Assembly (NCBI GenBank): GCA_977017575.1
Contig: CDRNVI010000020.1
Coordinates: forward strand, 186,001-250,000
DNA length: 64,000 nt
Origin: Paramoeba atlantica
Taxonomy: Eukaryota; Protista; Discosea
Reading direction: 5' to 3'
Shown here: positions 55,968 through 64,000 of the stretch, piece after piece
How the letters are laid out: each line of letters begins with the position of its first letter
How positions within the stretch are numbered: position 1 is the stretch's first letter
Translations under genes and position numbers: made by a program
The notes under the pieces: model-generated
Databases searched by the model: none
What the model saw: only the letters and a program-made list of their open reading frames with translations
What the model was told of the DNA's origin: nothing

Positions 55968-57947
55968 ATGTTTTCAATATGTAGACGTTGGCAGGTATAC
56001 AGCGTACTCACAAGTGACACAGTGTCGAAGCTTAGACCATGTGTAAGATTCGCAGAGATAACGCAGTCCGACCGTAGTCGCAACGAGGTAGCTCTTTCTA
56101 TTTGTACCGAATTCGACACCTTCCTCCAAGAAGGTCGCACAATGGCATCCTACGTACGAAAGACGGAAGAAGCAGCATTAGTTGGTATCCATCTTCTGCG
56201 AGCGTACACAACGAGAGGCACATCCACCGCCTGGCTGCACAAAATACTTGATCTCACGTTGAGCTGTAACACCCGGAGCTATGTGCTGGAGCTTTTTAAC
56301 ACCTACCTTGCTTGCCTACTGGAGTGCACCGACGTTGTGACGCCATCTATACTGTGTGACGTGGAGCAACGAATTCATGCACTAGGGCTGGAGAAAAATG
56401 CCCATACGTACCAAAACATGATAGCATTACAACTACAAAATGGTACGGATCCTACGGCTCTGTGGGAGGAAATGGAGCGCCGGCAACTACGCTCCCCGAA
56501 CGATGCCTATCACAGTCTATTTCAAGCATTAGCGCGATGTTGGCCGTCCTCTCAAGTAATGTTGGACACCTTGTCACGTTGCCTACCAGATTCGACTAAC
56601 ATAGAAAAGAAAGTGAGGTGGCCTGACGCTCCGATACAGGATTACAAGCCCGAACTAACACCGGAGAGGCTAACGCTATGGATCTATTGGGCAGCGCGCG
56701 ATGTTTCCTTTGCGCCTTCCGTTCTTCCGGAATTATTAGACCTCATGTATCGCACAATTTCCTTTGCTGCCACGCAAGCAAACTCCGCTTCAAGCATACC
56801 TCAAAAAAATATTCTGTCAACGAGCGATGAAGACAGAACTGACAGTTCGGAAAAAGATATTTCTTTTGCAGCCAAGGACAAAGTCATGATCAAGTCTACA
56901 GAAGTGGATGTAGGGGATTCCTCTACCGGACTAGGGGAAGACAAACGACCCTCGACTACCCTTTTTTCTCCATTACGTCTCGGAGCTCAAAATAACCCTG
57001 ATCTTACTGGCACCTTCCCCGAGGTCAACCTATATGAGAAACACACCAGCGAGGTAGCACGGGCTTTATCTCCCTCTGTGTTGCGGCACATGGAACGGCA
57101 GTGTTGGCGCTACCGTGATGTAGAAACTTTTGACAAAATTATTTCATTACTCCCAAACACTCAGCGGCGAGTGCTAGCCGAGCAGCGTGATGTCGTCACA
57201 ATGGTACACGCACTGTTCTCCCGGGGAAACGTAGAGAGGGGGATGCGTATGCTAGAGGATTGGTCCGGAGATGTGTCCTCCCGCGGAATGGCTGTCATGC
57301 ACCTGCTGGGACAGGAACTGTGCTCGCAGGCCCGGGTCGATAGTGCATATTATTTCCTGGAGACCGTACACCGCGATTCGATACAGTGTAAAGACGACAC
57401 GACAAAAACTCCTGCGGTGAAACTCGGCTCTCTCAATTTAGTGATTTTAGCATGTGCGTTGCAAGGCGACGAACTTCGTACCTTTGAGAGGTTGGAAGCG
57501 ATTGAAGGTATCTTTGGACTGAATGCTGATGCAACTTCATTTCATTGTGCATTGTATGCATGTGGACATCATCACATAAAGGCATCAATCACCCTCTCAG
57601 TTGTGGAAGCAATGGAAGCTAAGGGTGTGGCGATCACACCTCAAGTACTTGATTTAGCTGTTCAGCAACTTTTAACCTATGATCACATGACCGATGCCCT
57701 CGAACTCACGCTAAGATTGATGCAAAACTATGAACCTCCTGTCGTACTAGATTCCTATCCTCTGATGGTGCTTATTCGGCGGCTTCTGGCTCTTGGCGAC
57801 TTGCATTCGGCATCTCGACTCACGCTACTCATTACAAAGCTACGGCCTCCTTATGGGGAACTTTCTGCACCCTTCCTTTCCTACGTTCGTAACAGAACTG
57901 GAAACAACGCACTAGATGTCGTTCTAGAAAGCAATGCGAAACAATGA
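55968..57947 (+). CDS. Pentatricopeptide-repeat-like helical protein
   Basis: PPR-like units such as NAHTYQNMIAL, PNDAYHSLFQAL, SLNLVILACALQG and DATSFHCALYACG. Confidence 0.55.
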   Translation: MFSICRRWQVYSVLTSDTVSKLRPCVRFAEITQSDRSRNEVALSICTEFDTFLQEGRTMASYVRKTEEAALVGIHLLRAYTTRGTSTAWLHKILDLTLSCNTRSYVLELFNTYLACLLECTDVVTPSILCDVEQRIHALGLEKNAHTYQNMIALQLQNGTDPTALWEEMERRQLRSPNDAYHSLFQALARCWPSSQVMLDTLSRCLPDSTNIEKKVRWPDAPIQDYKPELTPERLTLWIYWAARDVSFAPSVLPELLDLMYRTISFAATQANSASSIPQKNILSTSDEDRTDSSEKDISFAAKDKVMIKSTEVDVGDSSTGLGEDKRPSTTLFSPLRLGAQNNPDLTGTFPEVNLYEKHTSEVARALSPSVLRHMERQCWRYRDVETFDKIISLLPNTQRRVLAEQRDVVTMVHALFSRGNVERGMRMLEDWSGDVSSRGMAVMHLLGQELCSQARVDSAYYFLETVHRDSIQCKDDTTKTPAVKLGSLNLVILACALQGDELRTFERLEAIEGIFGLNADATSFHCALYACGHHHIKASITLSVVEAMEAKGVAITPQVLDLAVQQLLTYDHMTDALELTLRLMQNYEPPVVLDSYPLMVLIRRLLALGDLHSASRLTLLITKLRPPYGELSAPFLSYVRNRTGNNALDVVLESNAKQ

Positions 57948-58399
57948 ACACGTACTTCGCAGCTGCACAAAGTGATGCAAAGGTAGTTTAACGTTGAAAA
58001 ATGTTAAACTGTTGAAGCTCGTGGCTACGTAGAAGTCAGCATTTCAATATCATTCTCTATCCACTGTCCACAGAGTTGCTTATCCGTTGCAGCCTGTCAT
58101 GAGTGGAACCTGGTAGGATGCTGTCAATACGTTTTATCGTAGGAACAGCGCTAACTATTTCATATGACTCACAACACAAACACACACGGTTGACTTGAAG
58201 TCGCAGCTTGTCTGAGGGAGAAATGCCTTCGAGAATTGCAATAGTATCTTGCAATCGCTACCACCCCATGAAAGTTACTTGTAGTTTGTAAGTTAAAATT
58301 GTAACTTACAACCTTGTAAGTGGGTAGTATTGTAACTTACAAGCCACTTACTCCAGGGTGTGCACAGAAAATTACCTGTGTGTTTCTGCGTGCCTACGT

Positions 58400-61300
58400 G
58401 TACACCGTCCCCCCCCTATTTAGTGTTTAGTAGAATTGGGAAAAATTAAACACTAAGTAGGGGAGCCCGAGTCGCTACGAAATACACCTTCTTTTTCCAT
58501 TAGCTCAAACAATACGGATTAGCGTTCCTTTCTTTTTTTATAGAACTCCCACCACGGTTTACTCGTTCTTGATAAACTAAGAACCGATTCGCTTGATCTG
58601 ATAAATACACTGCTCTGTCACTTTATACTTCTTTGATAGCGACTTTGCACTCTCGCTCGATCTGCTAATCGTCAGCTTGTCTTACATTGAAAGACTGGCT
58701 TTTGTGTGTGGCAATGCTTCCTCGAGGACGGACGTCACATCAACATTTGAGGCAATCTGGTTAGTCAATGAACCAACCCGAGGAAGCGGTTGTCTTGATC
58801 TGCACCAGCCAGAAAGAGGTCCAATCGACATACAAAGAAGAGGAATGTATCAAGAAAAAGAAACTTTTTCCACTTCTATTTCGAATGAGTAGACTAAATT
58901 AGACGAAATCGAATATTACAGGGGAAAAGAAAACGGCGCCGCTTCGCGGCGCCAATTTCTACGAACCTTTGAAATTAAACACTAAGAGGGTTGAAACCTG
59001 TTAAGTTTTGCCTGGTTTTGCCAGGAACTATTTTTGTGGGCGTCATTTTGGGAGACGCGTTACGTCTTCAAGAAGGGGTATCTTGTGAAAACAACGTCGT
59101 AGAAAGCTAGTATAGGTCCCAAACTCTCAAACTACTTTAGGTGAAACTTTTTTGAAAAGCTGTTTTTTAAGCCATGTTTTTCGCCAAGTTGACTTTCTCT
59201 CAACTTTCTTTTCAGAAAAAAACGAACTTGGCGGACCCGTCCTGTTGATACCAGGGGGAGTCGTGCCCGAGTACGGGGGTGGCCTCGGCTACCCTTTCTG
59301 GGGGTGTATTTCGAAAAATATTTTTTTCCAAATTTTAATTTTTTGTGGCGCGAAAATGTTTTGCAGCGCACGATGGAGATCAAGTATGTTCTTCACTATT
59401 TTTGACAGAGTAGTTTCCTTCGCCACGTCAATGGAGAGTCTGCAGATGGACTAGGTTGGGGTTCAAAAAAAACCTACACGAACTTACACGGATCTACACG
59501 AATTCACACAGATTTACACAGACCCACTTTTTTTCCGATTTCTAGTAGTTTTACTTTAGTTCATTTTTAATATTTTTCTTTTTTAGGCTCTTCGTTAAGC
59601 GCGGTGGTTGTTTTCAACTTATAGGTCGATCGTGAAAAATGGAACGGTTCTCCAGGGGGTACCATGGCTGCTATAATAAGAATAAAATCTGCAGTGTACT
59701 TCTTATGACAATGACTCGACGTAAAAATACTCTCAAACTTCACTTTTGCAAAAAAAATTACTTGGAGGAGAAATGTGATCTTTTCAGCCTAAAATTCACG
59801 GTCTAGCCCCCTATTTTTGCATATAACCGTCTGAAATAATACCCCACAATGAATAAGCGAACCTTTTCTTTTTCATCAGAAGGAGCCTAGGGGGCTACAG
59901 CATCACTTTAACGTTCAAAAATTTGAGATATTCACGTTCCCTCTATTAATAGCATATCAGGAGAGCTATTTTTTTCGAGAGATTTTACTTTGCTTTTCTC
60001 TAACCTTTATTTTACTTTTCCTCGAAATTTCCAAATATGGCGAACTTCCTGGAATTGTATGACGAAGAGTCAAGTGACGCAGTTGTGCATGAAAGAGATT
60101 CGTTTTCCTCAAGCGAGTTATCTTCATCTGCGTTTACTCGCACTGATTTCTTATTCATTTATTTCGTACATGAGCTATTTGTGAACAGCGCATTGGTTGC
60201 TATACAGTCCAGTTATTGGTTTTCCCCCCGGGCTCCAGAGCGCACCGTGCGAGCTTTTGACCTAATTCCTTCGACATTCAACAGATCTCGAAAACTAGTG
60301 CATTTCCCATCCTTGCTTTGCCTATCACCCCCCCTGGGTCCTAGGTGGGCGTGGTGAAAGTTGGGAAAAAATTATAAAAATCGGTGAACTATTGAAATTT
60401 TTCTTCTGAAAAATCCGAAAAAACGTGTTTTGTCACTAATATTTAACTTACAATTTATGTTCTCCTCAGGTCGGAAGTATTTTTTCGGTTGAGCTCTCCC
60501 ACAGATCTTCACGAATTCGCCGTTATTTTCCAAAAATCTATCTCATAGCAGACTGCAGAACCGTTCCAAAAACGCATGATCGACCCTATACAGTAGTGTT
60601 CAGCCTCTTTTACCCCCCCCTACAGGTCTCATATTTTGTCCGATTTTGGAAATATTTTGTTTGGGACTGTTTTTCGGCCCAATCGTTCCGAATCCAAGGT
60701 CCTTTTCACTCGTGGACACCCGTATCATACCTAAACCGGAAAACGTAACCGCAAAAAAGTTGATTTTGTTTTCACTGAGTACATTTTTTTTAAATTGGTA
60801 CATTTATTGGTGATTCATGGCGAAGAAGCACCGCCCCCTGTGATTACCTTCCTCCCGCGTGTGCCCCGAGATGCGCACGGCACTCGTGATCGATTAAGAA
60901 CGACTTAAGTCCTATAAGACACTCGCAAAACTTCATAAACTTAGCCCGGGTCCATCATTGAAACTTTTCGCTTTTTTTTGCGGGGTTAATATTCCTACAC
61001 CCTCGTATTATTCCGACCAGGAATATTAAGAGGGGTGACTCCTGCCCAGGCGCTCCCAGTAAACTTCTAAAATATTAAGAAACTAAGGAAGAAAATTTTA
61101 ACGAAAGATATCCTAGGCGCTCCCGGGCGCTCCCACCTAGAGTCACCCCTCTAAGTGTCCCAACGGTGCTTAATATTCCTACCCCCCTCTCCCCGACACC
61201 TACCCTGTCTTTGCTTGAGATCCACACAACTCACCCCTCGAAAATCCCTTTTTTGTATGTTTCTTTCATCAAAATAGCGAGCTCCAAGCACACACAAGAC

Positions 61301-61734
61301 CCAAACGAGGACAAGATCAAAGATCGTGCCGCGAAGCGGCGGGAAAAATGTTTTGGTCCTTTTCTGCTAATTTTCTAATATTCCTATACCTCGTTGTATT
61401 CCTATACCCTCTTATTATTCCTACCGGGAATATTAACCCGGACAGTGGTTTAATTCGGTCTACTTTAGTTACATGCAATCATCCTAGCGGCCGAGCCAAT
61501 GAACCTTCTCAAAAAATGTCAAAAAAAACTTACACGAACCTACACGAATCTACACGGATTACCACGAACCTACACGTACCTACACAGCTCGTCACGGACC
61601 AACACGAACTTACACAGACCTACTGCATACTCTCCAATGAGGAATATGCGGGTTTTGCCAGGTTTTGCCTTTCGTAGGTTTCAACCCTCTAAATAGAGGG
61701 GGCAAGGTACTAAATAGTAAATAGAGGGGACAGT
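58400..61734. mobile_element. Nested non-coding TIR-element cluster
   Basis: Outer ends CCGTCCCCCCCTATTTA (~58406) and TAAATAGAGGGGGACAG|TA (61718-61736). Inner TATAGG(G)TCGATC inverted pair at ~59620 and ~60590. The CAGT(A/G)GTGTTCAGCC end at 60591 is shared with 46299. Confidence 0.5.
61528..61620. repeat. 10-bp tandem array (consensus CTACACGAAC); a shorter copy at 59474-59524
   Basis: About 9 and about 5 degenerate units respectively. Confidence 0.8.
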
Positions 61735-62070
61735 ACTTTTATTTTACTCTACGCAAGCTTATTTTACTGTACCCCCTAGTTATCGGTCACACGTGATCCC
61801 CCCACTAGTTAACTGTCACGTTTTTCGTCTTTTTCAAAAAAACAAAACTTTTATTTCCTTTCTTATCAGTTTGAAAGTGAGTGATCGTGCATAGGAAGAA
61901 AAGAAAGAAATCCCGGGTGGACAAAAATCTTATAGGGGTTAAAGGCGTCTTTTTTGTCACTAACTTCCTCTTTCTATTTTTTTGGTGACCGCCCCCCCCC
62001 CCTCCCCTAGTTATCTGTCACACATTGAACCCCCTAGTTATCTGTCACACCGTACCCCCCCGTTAACTTA

Positions 62071-64000
62071 CTGTGACCCCCCCCTTTGATATGCACACGT
62101 TTTTGGAGTTTGTGCATAATAAAGGGGGGGGGTGCATAATAAAGGGGGGGTGCATAATAAAGGGGGGTGCATAATAAAGGGGGGGGCATAATAAGGGGGG
62201 GTACATAATAAAGGGGGGAAGAAAAGGGTGAAACAAGGGGGATGGTGGAAAGTGCGTACATGGTACCAATGACATCGGTGGCGAAGCAAGGGTCGATGAC
62301 GGAGGGGAAGAGAGTGAAGGAACTGTTCTCGAGCAAAGATATTTTTCATGAAGCTTGTGTAACACTAATAAACAAGAAAGTGCTTAAAGTAAAAAATATA
62401 ATAAAATGTGTATACCTAAATACTAGTTACTAATGTAACTGATTCATAGGATACTATAATATTATTTCGAGTTTGTTGAACGCCCATAGTAGAATATGCC
62501 TGGAGAATCACTACGAGGACTTACACGACACCGAGTAAAAACCACAGAAAAGCCCAGTTCCGTGGTAAAAAATAATATTACAATATGAACCGTTGCTGTG
62601 GACGGAAATAAAGCTCGGAAGGTGAGGTTCGCTAAGCCCCAACATTTTCTTGACAATGTCCTTGACCCCATAAAGTTTTCAACTGTTAACGGACTCATCT
62701 TCAAAGTTCAAATCATTCACTAAATTCACAATTATAGAACAATCAGAATCAGAATCATCTTCACACGTTCTCCACGGACACTTCTCCAAGGGTTTCTTCG
62801 GAATTTGTTGTTCGTTCAGGGGGTAGAGGAATTCCTGGACCACGAGGCCACCAGGACCTGGAAAGATTTTTTCTGACAAGCACATTGTCAACCCTAGAAA
62901 AAGTTGCAGGGTAGAATAACAAAGAGCATAAGTTGTTAACAACATGCAATCCGCATTCATTTAGCATAGGCTCCTGCTGCAAGACCTTTTCATATTTAAC
63001 ACGATTGTTCCCACTTTCTTGCCCAAGAAGAGGAGTTGCCCGTTCCAAGAATAATTTTAAAAAGTCGCTTCGGGCGAATGGAGAATACGCCTCATAGCTG
63101 TCATACACTGTGAGCAGGGACCTTCGGAGTTCTACCAAAATAAGGTGATTGTTAAAGAAGAGAACGGCAACAATGCGTGAATCTGTGGTGATTAGATCAG
63201 AAGGTGGGCGATTGAATCCTCACATCAATCTTGTCTTTCCAGTATTCAAAAAAACTATTTCGTTCTCTGCACGGGATAACAGCCGATAAGCCCTTATTAC
63301 GTTTTGACACAGCGTGTCAACAGCGTGAGTTGTAAGGAAGCGCTTAGGACCGCGAAAGCGCTTCCATTCATTATCATGACTCCCAGTGCTCAGTAAACTA
63401 TCTACACCAATTATGGGAGGAGCATCGATCTGTGAGGTTTCGCTCGTGGTCAAACAGTTTTCGTCTTGGTTTTTGGTTTCCGTGTCAGATGTTTTGGACC
63501 CAGGTTTGGCTTTTTCTACCCAAGGGTACTCCGTTGCAGGTCGCTGGATATATATACGGACGACAGATAATATGGAATTCTTATTTTTCAACCACACGCG
63601 TGAGTGCGCATCTTTTATCCACTGTAGTACCAGAGCGCGAGATACTTTCTGAGAAGTGTTGTCGAGTCGCCACGCACTCAGAATCTCATTGTATTCACGC
63701 TTGAATAATCGGTTAAAAACTCGGTCATGCACTTGTATCGCCTTTGTGCAACCTCCTGGTATCGTATGTGGATCGCAATTTGGAGGAATATTATCTGTTC
63801 GGTGCCCGCTATAATCATCCGTAATAATGACGGTAGATGGGTTTTCGAGCGTATAGGGGAGATACTTATGAAGCATTCGCGGATAAATATCTCCCTTTAC
63901 CCAACCAGATTGACTAACATCCGCGTATATTCCAGTAAGAGCGGAAGCCTGGCGCGTCATTTCAGCATAAATGCCAGAACTCTCACGATTCTTGGCGCTG
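62071..64000 (-). mobile_element. pogo-family transposon encoding a DDD transposase plus Ulp1/C48 protease; 5' part lies beyond the window
   Basis: TA|CTGTGACCCCCCCCTTT end at 62069. DDE_1 motifs SGWVKG, ITDDYSGH and IPGGCTKAIQVHDRVFN (30 residues between the Asps). The same frame continues to NNH / YDS / QQ..NECG. Confidence 0.85.
62111..62218. repeat. Subterminal tandem array TGCATAATAAAG(6-9), 6 copies
   Basis: Each unit is an inverted copy of the inner TIR sequence CCCCCCCTTTGATATGCA. Confidence 0.9.

Noticed and set aside
5761-63222. Stop-codon reassignment (Blastocrithidia-like), suggested by in-frame TAA/TAG/TGA at alignable positions in TE genes, including TGA where Trp is expected
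   Set aside because: No host gene has an internal stop, and host genes end with all three codons. Point-mutation decay of the TE relics explains the pattern.
1-64000. Spliced-leader RNA gene, rRNA, tRNA or cis-spliced introns
   Set aside because: I saw no SL exon or rRNA/tRNA signature, and all conserved proteins are collinear with single ORFs.

Overview
Eukaryotic nuclear DNA with a kinetoplastid-like layout (inference). About 18 intronless host genes all lie on the + strand across ~58 kb, as in a polycistronic unit: SmD2 (partial), exosome RRP41, a PH-domain AGC kinase, three orphan signal-peptide proteins, V-ATPase subunit d, ALG2, RPS2, two small LRR proteins, a helicase-less Pol theta-like polymerase, SKP1, a hypothetical protein, UNC-50, two GP63/leishmanolysin paralogs and a PPR-like protein. 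Between them sits a dense graveyard of nested transposons: Tc1 DD34E, Tc1/IS630-like DD35E, pogo, two hAT relics, a Merlin/IS1595 fragment, a VIPER/TATE-like YR+RT relic, a CRE/SLACS-like 3' end, MITEs and fold-back elements. Several of these were found by hand translation and are absent from the ORF track. The most unusual signals are: (1) a pogo DDD transposase in frame with a complete Ulp1/C48 (SUMO-protease-like) domain, with further Ulp1 relics elsewhere; (2) repeated GC-rich islands in which the + strand flips abruptly from C-rich to G-rich inside same-strand genes; (3) a non-coding array of 12-bp repeats with unique spacers next to a hairpin-rich block; (4) a GP63 paralog that has lost all three Zn-binding histidines. 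All family assignments come from motif recognition by eye; no database searches were run.
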